NCBI GenBank assembly: GCA_964016885.1
Contig: OZ024749.1
Location: forward strand, 54,560,001-54,624,000
DNA: 64,000 nucleotides
From: Eledone cirrhosa
Taxonomy: Eukaryota
Direction: 5' to 3'
The notes beneath the pieces are model-generated. The model saw nothing but the letters and a program-made list of their open reading frames with translations. It did no database searches and was not told the origin of the DNA. Below, in pieces: positions 16,504-28,926 of this stretch (position 1 is the first letter of the stretch; each line of letters begins with the position of its first letter). Made by a program: the position numbers and the translations under genes.

Positions 16504-16982
16504 ATATATATATATATAATGCAGTATATGTGGGGGGAGTTAATACTAGTTATTGGCTGGTTCATATTTTTTCCCACAGATGTAGTGAACATAACAAGAA
16601 CAAGATGTTGATTCACAGATTCTGGCAGTTGGTTTTCTAAACAAGAATAACTTTAAATAATATCAATAGCTAACTTAAAAAACACAAATTAACATATAAA
16701 ACAAAACATAAAAGAGGAGGGACGCCATATTGTTTTTGTGTCTTTTTCCTTTTTAAATCAGCTACTTATATAAATATTGTTTTGGTTGATAAGAAAAACA
16801 AGTTTTATAAAATGTAGCCATTGAAAGAAATAATCTAGAAAGTTCCACACATGTAATATTTTGGAAAAACTTCAATATTAAACTCAAATGTTTGTTTTAT
16901 TTTTAAACAATTCAGATTTGATTAATTCAATCTGAGTCTGTTTCCTTCTTTATTTCCTGGATCAAAAAAAATGATTCTTTAA

Positions 16983-17211
16983 CCCTTTAGTTACCAACCC
17001 GACCAAAACCAGCTCTGGTTCTATGAAATAAAACCACCCATTTTAAAGGTTTCCAATTTAAATTAAAATCTACCAACATAATTTTATATAAGAACTTTAC
17101 ATTATGACACTATTATAGTTATGAAATGATTAATTATTTTAGTAAATCCCTCAAAAATCTTCCCTAAATTGAAATAGAGTGTATTTCATTAGAAATACAG
17201 TCACAAAAGGG
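16983..17211. mobile_element. piggyBac-like MITE
   Basis: TTAA on both sides; TIRs CCCTTTAGTTAC / GTCACAAAAGGG (10 of 12 match). Confidence 0.7.
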
Positions 17212-17273
17212 TTAAGCCATTGAATTCCCCATATGGGGGGGGGGGGGGGGGGATTATTATTAGAATGTATTAT

Positions 17274-17703
17274 GGCAGTAATCGGCAGAGCCTCAGACAA
17301 CATGCTTTGTGGTATATAGTTACAACTCTTTGTGTTCTGAGTTCAAATCCTGCTGAGGTTAGCTTTGTCTTTCATCCTTACAGAGTCGCTAAAATAAAGT
17401 ACCAGTAACGCACAAGGGTCGATTTGATTAACTCCACCCACCTCCCAAAAAAACAAAACAATTGCTGGCCTTGTGCCTAAATCTGAAACCATTATTATTA
17501 TTACTACTAGAATAATATGGCGGTGAATTGGCAGTATCAGTAGAGGGTTGGACGCCATGCTTTGCAGCATAGAATTATGGCCCTTTACATTTTGAGTTCA
17601 AATCCCGCCGAGGTTAACTTTGCCTTTCATCCTTACGGGGTCGATAAAATAAAGTACCAGTAATGCATTGGGTAATTGCTGGCCTTGTGTCAATAGTAGA
17701 AAC
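17274..17703 (+). mobile_element. Two tandem tRNA-derived Meta-domain SINEs
   Basis: GAGTTCAAATCC B box, TTTGCCTTTCATCCTTACGGGGTCGATAAAATAAAGTACCAG core and GCTGGCCTTGTG..AGAAAC tail. Confidence 0.85.
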
Positions 17704-17722
17704 AATTATTATTACTAGAATA

Positions 17723-18356
17723 TCTATATATATAAAACTGAGGATGTCTGTCTGTGTGTGTGTGTCTGTGAGTTTGAATCCCTAAAACTCGGAAAGTACC
17801 CAACCGATTTTTTTTCAAACTTTACATGTGTATTACGTATGTTTCAGGGAGTGTTATGCACATAAAAAATTCAACTTTTTGATCCCCTAGGGCCCGCAAT
17901 AGGTGAAAAACTGCGTTTTTTCAGCCTTTTAGGGGTTTTTTGAAGCGTTACGTCAGACTGATTTCCTTGAAATTGTAACTATGTATTAGTCAGTCTCTTC
18001 TTCATACCATGAGCAAAGAAAATCCAACTTTTTTATGGCCTAGGGCCCACATTAGGTGAAAAACTTAATTTTTTTCAGCTTTTTAGGGCTTTTTTGAGGC
18101 GTTATGTTTAGCCGATTTTCCCAAAATTTCAAGGCATATTATGCACATAAAAAAATTCAACGTTTTGATCCCCTAGGTGAAAATCTGCCTTTTTCCTGCT
18201 TCATCAAGGAAAATCTTAAAGATTATCCAGCCATCAGAGTATTCGGTTTATTTTCTTTAAATATTGTCCAGGCATGCAGTTTTTCCACGATTAGGTCTGT
18301 TGGCAGCCCGCGTTCCAAAATACCTTATCCCATGCAACGCCAGGTACGACTGCTAG
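17723..18356 (+). mobile_element. Non-autonomous Helitron
   Basis: Starts TCTATATATATAAAA after an A. Ends with a decayed hairpin CCCATGCAACGCCAGGT then CTAG before a T. Has an internal GTCT/GT microsatellite and internal repeats (AAAAATTCAAC...CCTAGG). Confidence 0.8.
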
Positions 18357-19278
18357 TATTAAATAAACAAATCTTGCTAATTAGAAAAGCCTGATCCCCT
18401 AAAAATAACATAATGGTAGTTAATTATCTAAAATTAGCCCCATGTTTCTATGGTGTTCACATCTGGTAGTATTAAAATAATCGCAGCTACTTGTTGAATG
18501 CTAACAAAGATCTGTTTGTAGAATATGGTAATGTTCAGGAAATGTATCAGAGTTAAAGACACATGGCTTAGTGGTTAAAGCATCAAGTTTACAACCATGA
18601 CATTGTGAGTTTGATTCCTAGATTGAGTGCTGTATTGTGTACTTGAGCAAGACTTTTTATTTCATGTTTCTCCAGTTTACTCAGCTGTGACATCAATGGC
18701 AACAAGTTGTAACAGTTGTACCTACAACTCTTATATAATAGCAACAATAATATTCCGTTTGTACAGTCGATGTTGTAAACTTGATAACACATACATGTAC
18801 ACACATACATAGAAACACACATGCAAACACACACACACACACATACATACACACATGCATATGGAGACACATGCACACACAAACACAGATACACATCCAC
18901 AGACAGCAAGACACACCTAACAGATCACAGTACTCCTGAAACATATTGTCTGAGATTAGTTTAATAGATTACAGATAAAGAATGTAGATTAAGTGTCAAA
19001 CTCTCAGCAGAAATACTCAAAATAACATCAAATAGAAACATCAAACTCTGAAGCTTTCAATGGCGGTAACATTTATTACAAAATATGTTTTTAGTACGTC
19101 TCTACTGACAAACTCCACATAGTTCCCAACATTGGATGCTGGGGGAGTGGAGGTTTACACTAGAACTGGCGTCATCCAATGGGATATATATATATCATCA
19201 TCTATATATATCTGTGTGTGTGTAAATAAGCAAATAGGAACATCAAACACCTAGAACAAACGCAAAGTAATATATATA

Positions 19279-19311
<33 letters not shown>

Positions 19312-20041
19312 GTACACACACATATATATATACACACATACATATATATATACACACACATATATATATTATCTACTTATGTTTATACATGGAACAAAAG
19401 CCCAACCTAGGGTTTCAATTTTGACCATATCTCCAGATTGTAAGAGAGGTCAAAATTGTGACCTAATCTTACTTAAATATGTTTAAGCACCTGAAGATTA
19501 GGTGACAATTTTGATCAAAGACATAACCTCCTCTCTAGGGCTGGTGCCGCGATAAAATGTACACAGTACATTCTGTAGAATGCAGGAACATATGTATAAG
19601 GGAGATGCAGTTCTCAGGCCCACCAGAAGAGGTCAGTAAGCTGTGATTAAGGACCAACTTGATCTGTGATGTCCCATCTACCTCTTTGCTAGCAGAGAAA
19701 AACGGATGTATGATGATGATGATATGGAAATATGCATTCTAATACACACACATGGAAATATACATGGCAATGCACACATGTGGAAGTATACATAGCAATG
19801 CAGATATGCAGAAATATGTTTGTGTGTATGTACATATATATATATATATATAACTGTACACATATGGAAACAATAACACCAATATATGGCAAGTATACTT
19901 ACACAAACAGAACCAAATGAATAAGAATAATGATAAGAATAATAAAGGAAATGGAAAAAATTCCAAGGACACAAGAATAGACACCAGTCTTGGTACAGGT
20001 TAACTACAACTCAGTGCTGATAGCTAAAGCTCTGAGTAATA

Positions 20042-20576
<535 letters not shown>

Positions 20577-21204
20577 AGAAAGCACATCTGCTTATGCTTG
20601 CTGTTAGCTGTAGAATTAATTAAGCCAGCAGGACCATCTTAAAGAGACCCTGGCCAGTAAAATAAACAATCTGGTATAGAGAGAAAATATGAACATATCA
20701 AAGATTTGTGGGGAGAGAAACCAGCAGGAAATAGCTGCTCCCTGTCCCTCCAACTTTCATTGTCTCCATTTGGTTTTGTTTTATGTTGTTTTTTTTTTGT
20801 CTATTTTGTTTTGATTTTTTTAAAAAGTTTTTGTTTCGGGTTTATAAGAGCAAAGCTTTTAAGTAAAATAAACTAAATGATAAAATACCGCCCACCTTTC
20901 TTATAAATTTCCTCATGTACAGTTTATTTAAAAATATAAAAATGTTTATCTTTATATCCCTCATGCCATTTCTAAAATCAGAACAGTGTAGAAAGTGGAG
21001 AAGTATATACGCGTCGCGTTACGTTGTTAACATTTCTAAAGTCAGAAAACTGGATAGCATACATATGTAGTGTGTGTGTGTCTGTTGGTGTGAATGTATG
21101 TGTGTGAATGTGTGTGTCTGTGGGTGTGCAGTAGCACCAATACATGCACTAGTCTGTATATGAGTGGGAGGGAGTCTGTATATGTTTGTGTATGTATATG
21201 TTGA

Positions 21205-21258
<54 letters not shown>

Positions 21259-21259
<1 letters not shown>

Positions 21260-21820
21260 CAACTGCTGAAGATATGCGACGGCTGGAGAGAAATGAGGTA
21301 AGCATGCTCCGTTGGAACGACCGAGCATGGATGTGTTGAGAGAGAAACTGTGTCTGAGAGGGATAGAATGTAGTGTGCGAGAGAGGAGACAGCGGTGGTA
21401 TGGACGTGTGATGCGCATGGAGGATGACTGGTGGGTGAAGAAGTGCCAAGAAATCCCAGTTGAAGGAAGACATAGTAGAGGTAGACCATGAAAAACATGG
21501 GCAGAGGTGGTGAGAGTAGTAGACCTCAGATCGCTGAAGCTCACAGAGGAGATGACAAAGGACTGTGACAAGTGGAAAGATGCAAACAGGAAAAAGCGGA
21601 CGTAAAATGATGATGATGATATATATATATAGAGACACGGTAAAAAGGCTCCCAGTCCACACTGTAAATGTGGTTGGCATTAGGAAGGGCATAGAAAACC
21701 TGCCAGAAACAGTTCTATACAAGCGAGACACGGTCATCCGACCAATCTTGCCTTAAGTGGAACAAACCCGTCCAACCCATGCTAACATAGAAGATAGACA
21801 TTATGCGATGATGATGATGA
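21259..21820 (+). mobile_element. Degenerate RTE 3'-end fragment plus a second RTE/SINE tail
   Basis: Encodes EDMRRLERNEVSML and WYGRVMRMED; similar to 1538-1750; AGGAAGGGCAT motif at ~21682. Confidence 0.75.
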
Positions 21821-21906
21821 TATGGATGCATGCACAATAGAAGCAGTTTTATGGAGTATTAAGCGAGAGTACAAAACTCTCCCCTGTACAATAAAACATA
21901 GCTTAC

Positions 21907-21948
21907 CTTTACAACATCTGGTCCTGTAATGAAAAGGTAAGATGTATC
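21907..21948 (-). CDS. PCCB: PCCB internal exon (42 nt): DTSYLFITGPDVVK; last PCCB exon I could find in the window
   Basis: ttttgcag / gtaagc splice sites; peptide matches vertebrate PCCB DTSYLFITGPDVVK. Confidence 0.95.
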
Positions 21949-22058
21949 CTGCAAAAATAAAAAGGATTTAATTTGAAAAATATACAGAAATATTAATGTA
22001 CAAGAAAAAATAACTAATTATTAGGCTATGGAGAAATTAATTCAGGCTTTATGATTTT

Positions 22059-22240
22059 CTGTAAGGTGGTTGTGCTGGTGACACGACAAAAAAGCCCCAG
22101 TACACCCCGTAAGGTGGTTGTGTTGGGAACTGATAAAAAAGCCCCCAGTCCACACTGTAAGGTGGTTGTGCTGGTGACACAACAAAAAGCCCCCTCCCCA
22201 CACTGTAAGGTGGTCGTTCCAGTGCCACAATATAAGTACT
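22059..22240 (+). repeat. ~49-bp tandem repeat (about 3.5 units) resembling the repeated unit in the RTE 3' UTR
   Basis: CTGTAAGGTGGTTGTG...AAAAAAGCCCC...CACA units; compare 27245-27345. Confidence 0.6.
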
Positions 22241-22299
22241 GTGAATTCAAACTTAGAAGTTTTATATCTCACCTAATACTAACTACACTTCTGTATATA

Positions 22300-23104
22300 T
22301 ACAGGAGGTTATGTACCTAGAACACCCGCCAACAGTGAGAAGCCGCAAATATTGGACGTCGCCCATAAAAATGCCTATAAATGTCAAACCATAACATTAT
22401 GCTGCAGGCTTCCCTTCCCAGCTCGAGCCGGTGGGGCTGGATCAAGGGGATGGCAAAAGGCCAGATGGCATGACCATCTTCCCGTTCCGCGGTGGCAATC
22501 CCTCGTCTGGGATGCCACTTGCACCAACACTTTCTGCAGCTGCAACCTGTTGCAGTCTGCAACTAACCCAGGTTCTGCTGCACGTCGGGCTGAGGAGGCC
22601 AAACTCCTCAAATACCGGTCACTCTCCGACAAGTTTGTGGTCGTACCCCTGGCAGTGGAGACTTCTAGTGTCCTCGGCCCCAGGGCTACCTCCTCAATCA
22701 ACACCATAGGCGCTGAGCTTGCCAGCCACAGGTGTGAGCCCCACGAGTCGGAGTGGCTTTTCCAGTGCATCTACTTTGCCGTCATCCGGGGAAACGCCTT
22801 CTCCATTCTATCCGCCGAGGCTGTGGGTGGGCCCCATCGCGTATCATTTTTGTAAATATGACAGATTTAAAAAAAAAAAAAAAAAAAAATTATGGCAATG
22901 AATTTTTAATAAACTACCTTTGTCGACTGGCAAATATGGTATATTGTTTAAAAATATATATATGGCCACGAAAATAGCCATTAAAAAATCGCGGAAAATA
23001 TTTACGATTCCACGAATATGCGGTAGTTTCCACGAACAATTATTAGTTAGGTTCTAAGGAAAATTCCGCGAATAACCGGGACCGCGAATGTCGGGGTACA
23101 CTAT
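22300..23104. mobile_element. Tigger/pogo-like non-autonomous DNA transposon, interrupted by the CRE fragment
   Basis: The right end, reverse-complemented, reads TA-TAGTGTACCCCGACATTCGCGG with repeated CGCGAAT subterminal motifs. The left end is degenerate. Confidence 0.5.
22402..22888 (+). mobile_element. CRE-clade (restriction-like endonuclease) non-LTR retrotransposon 3' fragment with poly(A) and ATTATG target-site duplication
   Basis: Two frames give LEPVGLDQGDGKRPDGMTIFPF and SLVWDATC...AEEAKLLKY...VPLAVET...AVIRGNAFSIL (PD-(D/E)xK RLE domain). Poly(A) 22869-22889. ATTATG at 22396-22401 and 22889-22894. Confidence 0.85.
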
Positions 23105-23839
23105 ATTTAAATTAGATCAACTTAAAAGTACAATATAAATGACGATGAAGAAACGAAAAAGGTAGAGTAGGAAGATAAAATACAAATATATTAAGCAACG
23201 AAAGAACGGAAAAGTTGGAAGAGAGCGACAGACTGTATCCCAGTCTGAGCTGTAGGTTGCTGTATCAGTCACACCTTACTTAATAGTTAAAGGGAGGTTA
23301 ATCTTGACACATACAGCAAGAAGACAGCACGGTTTCTTTCCCCTTGATATTTAAATGTTTTAAAATGGCCGCACAACAACATTGACTACGACGAAGTCTC
23401 TATTTGGTCGCTCGACCAGATAAAAATATCTTGAACAAAATAAACAAATAAACGTATTCACTTTAATCACGTTTAGAATTCTATAATAAAATGAAGAAAG
23501 GCTAAAATGAAAACGTAACATCGTACAAAATCGTATAAACATTCGGTGAAAAGCAGACGATAGCTACTATGTGCGTGTGTGAGTCCATGTCTGTATGTGT
23601 GGGTGTTTATGTGAAGAGATGTGTGTTTACACGCGCTTCGTTGTAACTTAGTTTGTCTCTCTCACTATTTACCTCCTACTCCGGCCAATATTAATTCTCC
23701 TCCCTCTGATCGATTGATGAGATACCAGACCTCATTCGCTTACCGAGTGGGGTGGAACTCGTCAAATTGGACCAAGGAAAGAATGTTTCCATTTGTCTTT
23801 CTATTGTTGATACTATCTAACTGTCGCAACTTCTGCGTT

Positions 23840-24667
23840 ATCTCTTTCTCTCTCTCTTACTTTCTCGTCTCTCTCTCTCTGCCTTTTTTACTTTCTCTCT
23901 CGCTCCCTCACTCTCTCTATCTCTGCCTTTTTTAACTTTCTCTCTCGCTCCCTCACTCTATATCTCTCTCTGCTTTTTTACTTTCTCTCTCTATCTCTCT
24001 CTCTGCCCTTGTTTTACTTTCTCTCTCGCAGCCTCACTCTATCTCTCTCTCTTCTCTGCCTTTTTTTTTACTTTCTCTCTCACTCCCTCACTATCTCTCT
24101 CTCTGCCTTTTTTACTTTCTCTCTCGCTCCCTCACTATTTCTCTCTCTGCCCTTGTTTTACTTTCTCTCTCGCTCCCTCACTCTATCTCTCTCTCACTCC
24201 CTCACTATCTCTCTCTCTGCCTTTTTTACTTTCTCTCTCGCTCCTTCACTCTATCTCTCTCTCTGCTTTTTTTACTTTCTCTCTCGCTCCCTCACTCTAT
24301 CTCTGCCTTTTTTACTTTCTCTCTCGCTCCCTCACTATCTCTCTTCTCTGCTTTTTTACTTTCTCTCTCGCTCCCTCACTATCTCTCTCTCTGCCTTTTT
24401 TACTTTCTCTCTCGCTCCTTCACTCTATCTCTCTCTCTGCCTTTGTTTTTACTTTCTCTCTCGCCTTTTTTTACTTTCTCTCTCGCTCCCTCACTATTTC
24501 TCTCTCTGCTTTTTTTACTTTCTCTCTCGCTCCCTCACTATCTCTCTCTCTGCCTTTTTTTACTTTCTCTCTCACTCTGCTTTTTTTACTTTCTCTCTCG
24601 CTCCCTCACTCTATCTCTTTCTCTGCTTTTTTTACTTTCTCTCTCTTTCACTCCCTCTATCTCTCTC
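23840..24667. repeat. Pyrimidine-rich ~40-45-bp minisatellite (TTTTACTTTCTCTCTCGCTCCCTCACTCTATCTCTCTCTGC)n
   Basis: Direct reading. Confidence 0.9.
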
Positions 24668-25371
24668 AATATATATTGCCAACCATGAAAGACCACCACC
24701 TCGTATAATATTAGAAACTTAAATGTTATCTTTTATTTGACGATATTTTGGGGAAGATGTCTGCCACTATTGGTAACAGTAGGGAAATATATAGATATTT
24801 AAATATGAACAACAGGTTGACTTAAGAAACAATGAGAAAATTTGGAATGTACAAGACAGCCTAATTTCATGTGTGTGTGTGCGTGTATGTATGTGGTATA
24901 TGCATGTTGTGTGTGTATGTATGAGTGTATATGCATGTTGTGTGTATGTGTGTCTAAGTAACTATGTATATCTATGAGTGACTGTGTCAATGTGTGTGTG
25001 TATGAGTGTGTGTGTGTAAAAATAAATGAATTTACTCCACTTAAATTTGGTTAAAACGATTCGGACATTAAAAACTATATTAAAAGAAAACATCGTTTTC
25101 AAAAAACAAAAAATGGAAGAGAAAGGAAATTGAGGAAAGAAATATTTTCAAAAATATATATTTTTCATGTAACAGAACGAAGAAATTCTGTCAGAAAAAT
25201 TAGATTTCGACCAATTGAAAAAAAAAATCTCTAAACAGACATTTATAACAGTCAAAGGGAGGTTAATCTTGACATGCAGCAAGAAGGCCAGTACGATTTA
25301 TTTCTCTTTGTTATTTCAATCGGTTTGAAAATCGCCACACGACGCTCAACCAGATAAAAATAATAATAATT

Positions 25372-25549
25372 GTTTCTATTTTAGGCACAAGGCCAGCAAT
25401 TACCCAGTACATTACTGGTACTTTATTTTATAGATCCCGCAAGGATGAAAGGCAAAGTCAACCTCGGCCGGATTTGAACTCAGATCGTAAAGGGACGTAA
25501 CTATGCTGAAAAGCATGACCGACCCTCTACCGATACTGCCAATTCACCG
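25372..25549 (-). mobile_element. Meta-domain SINE
   Basis: Reverse complement of the same core and tail. Confidence 0.85.
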
Positions 25550-26303
25550 ATAATAATGAAAATAAATAAAACCAGACAAAGAAACACCGACATATTCACT
25601 TTAACAACATTCATAATTTTATAATAAAACATTGCTAATGAAAAATAAATTCGTACAACATTGTGTTCTGAAAAGCAAACGATAGCTACTGTGTGTGAAT
25701 AGATGTCAGTGTGTGGGTGTATATCTCCATTCCTCTTTTACTATCTCTCTCGCGAGCTGGAATGCCTCTTCCAGCACATCTCCCTCACCATCCTCCAGTG
25801 AGACGCCTTATCAATTGTGTCCACTGGGGAGGCCAGCATGTGGGCCTCCAATTGCTCATAATAGTGAGAGATGGGGAGAGCAGGAGAGATAGAGGCAGTG
25901 ACAGAGGGAGTTTGGTTCCTTTGTGTTTGGGCATGGTGTATATATATATATTTATTTATTTACCACACTACATGTTACATACTCCCAAGTGATTGTATGT
26001 GTAATTCAGTAGCAAAAGACTAAAACCCATCTTCCAAATATAAACTAACTAATATAAAAAATGTGTTCCTTTGATTAAATTCATCCAAACTTTTGATAAT
26101 TTCAAGAATTAATTGAAATGTATAAGCAAAATATTTCATTAGTGATCTTAATCTCTCGCTCTGGTGTTATCTCAAAACAGGAGAACCCCACAGAGATGAC
26201 AAGAGAACACAGTAAGGAAGATGGAAGCTAATCTGGAGAAAACCCATCCAACCCATACAAGCAGGGAAAACAGGTGTAAAAAGATGATGATTATCTAACT
26301 TAC

Positions 26304-26353
26304 CTTAACCATGAATGTAAAATCTGTCAAAGCAGGTGAATAGACAGCACCAC
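26304..26353 (-). CDS. PCCB: PCCB internal exon (50 nt): (G)GAVYSPALTDFTFMVK
   Basis: atttcag / gtaagt splice sites; completes the split Gly codon to give GPCAGGAVYSPALTDF. Confidence 0.96.
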
Positions 26354-26427
26354 CTGAAATATTGAAGATCAATAATATAACACATCAGAAAGTGTATAAA
26401 AAATAACAAGTATGGTAGCTTATTGTA

Positions 26428-27514
26428 TAGAGAATAAATTCCAAACCTGGAAGCAGGGACTAGAGAGAAAGGGCCTCAAAGTCAACATGACAAAGACTAA
26501 GGTCCTTATAAGTAGACGAGAAAACAGAACCCAGATCCCCTCAGGGAAATGGCCTTGCTCAGTATGTAGGAAAGGTGTAGGTAGGAACTCCATTCTTTGC
26601 CCCAAATGCAAACAATGGGTACACAAGAGATGTAGCGGGATCTCAGGAAGCTTAATTAAGAATGTAGGATTCACATGCAGCAGCTGTGCTGAAACAGCAA
26701 GCAAACAGCCACAGGAAACAAGTACCACCAATCTCTGGGAGGGCCCTGTAGAAACAGTAGACAGCTTCTGCTACCTAGGTGACCGAATTAGCAACGGAGG
26801 TGGGTGCTCAGAAAGTACAATAACTAGGGTAAGAACGGGATGGAAGAAGTTTAGGGAACTACTACCACTGCTAGCTGCAAAAGGCTTCTCCCTCAGAATG
26901 AAAGGCAGACTGTATGATGCGTGTATCCGAACAGCGATGTTGCATGGTAGAGGAATCAAATGCTGCGTGCAGGAGAGGCGGTTACGCTGGTATGGACATG
27001 TGATGCGTATGAAGGATGACAGCTGCATAAAAAGGTGCAGAGCACTAGAAGTTGATGGAAACCGCGGAGTGGGGAGACCCAAGATGACTTGGGATGAGGT
27101 GATAAAAGCCGACCTTACCCAACTACACCTCTCAAAGTCAATGACACACGACCGTGACTTCTGGCGTCACGCAGTAATACAGGGTACCCGACCTCCCATG
27201 GGTACATGCTGAAGCATATAAACAATATGCCCCCCCCCCCCACCGCAAGGTGGTCGTGGAGGTGCCACGGCAAAAAAGCACCCAGCCCACACTGTAAAGT
27301 GGACGTGTAGGCGCCACGAAAAAGCACCCAGCACTCACTGTAAATGAGGTTGGTGTTAGGAAGGGCATCCAGCTGTAGAAATCAAGCCAGATCAGTTCCT
27401 GTATGAGCAAGGCATGGTCAGCCGACCAGACACTGCCCACAACAGGACAACCCGTCTAACCCATGCTAGCGTGGAAGAACGGACGTAAAACGGTGATGAT
27501 GATGATGATGATGA
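26428..27514 (+). mobile_element. RTE-clade LINE 3' fragment (related subfamily) with in-frame ~45-codon internal deletion, 3' UTR and (ATG)n tail
   Basis: ORF 26412-27212 aligns with the C-terminal third of the 29295-31160 ORF; AMLHG is joined directly to RGIKCC. Confidence 0.92.
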
Positions 27515-27529
27515 TTCATATATATATAT

Positions 27530-27845
27530 ATCATCACCGTTTTACATCCGTTCTTCCACACTAGCATGGGTTAGACGGGTTGTCCTGTTGTGGGCAGTGT
27601 CTGGTCGGCTGACCATGCCTTGCTCATACGGGAACTGATTCTGGCTTGATTTCTACAGCTGGATGCCCTTCCTAACACCAACCTCATTTACAGTGAGTGC
27701 TGGGTGCTTTTTTTCGTGGCACTTACACGTCCACTTTACAGTGTGGTGCTTTTTTGCCATGGCACCTCCATGACCACTTTGCAGTGGGAGGGTGTGGGGG
27801 CATATTGTCTATATGCTTCAGCTTGTACCCGTGGGGGGTCGGGTA
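27530..27845 (-). mobile_element. RTE 3' UTR copy, tail-to-tail with 26428-27514
   Basis: Reverse complement of ~27185-27500. Confidence 0.9.
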
Positions 27846-28172
27846 TGTATATATATATATATATATACCTATGCAAGCATGGAGAAACAGACGTAAAAAC
27901 GATGATGATATATATGTGTGTGTGTGTTAGTGTCTGTATTTATGTTTACTGGTTGTTTAAGTCTCGTAACGTGACAACCCATCTAACCCATGGACGTGAA
28001 ACAATAATGATGAGCAAGACATGATTTTCTCACCTGCCTAGTCCCAGACTCTGACAAACTGTCCAACCCCAGCACAGAGAACCACATGTAAAACAATTCT
28101 AAAAAAAGCTCCACTGATTACACAACATAGAGTGGAAGAGAAAGGACTAATTATTCAAGATTATAGACTTAC

Positions 28173-28233
28173 CAGCACAAGGTCCCATGATAACTGATAT
28201 CTGAGGAATAACACCTGATGCCATCACATTTCT
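28173..28233 (-). CDS. PCCB: PCCB internal exon (61 nt): [20 protein letters not shown](G)
   Basis: ctttcag / gtaagt splice sites; ends in phase 1, compatible with the next exon. Confidence 0.96.
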
Positions 28234-28691
28234 CTGAAAGTTAGAATCAGTAAAAAGATTTAAACAACATACAACAGGAATAAAGATCACTAATCTAATT
28301 TATTGTGACCCTTAAAGGGTTACAGTTGGTTAAGAAAACATCATAAAATATGATAACCACACCTCAAATATATAAAAGGAAAGAATAGACTTTTGCTTCT
28401 TGTTAGATGTTTCAGATGAGATGGCAACTGCATGAAGCCCATTGTATCATCATCGTCATTGTTTTTATGGCTTTCTTCATTTTATAGTTTAAGAATTATA
28501 TTTAGACTGTATCCAGAAATCAGGACCACCTCCAGTTCAAAGCTTGCCAGATAAATGGTTCGATACCTTTATATATGGTTGTCCAGGTGAAACTGTGACC
28601 AATGCTGCATTACAACTTTGTGAGGTCCTAAGCTATATAAAACTGTATTATTCTGTGACCCTAAGAATATACTTATTGTGTTCAATGGTTA

Positions 28692-28871
<180 letters not shown>

Positions 28872-28926
28872 CTATAAAATAAAGATTATAAATACAGACA
28901 TCTTAATAAGGTGATAGTAAAATGAA

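Noticed and set aside
26941-26957. In-frame RTE deletion as a spliced-out intron
   Set aside because: The junction retains GGTAG, which fits a TAG microhomology deletion rather than GT-AG splicing.
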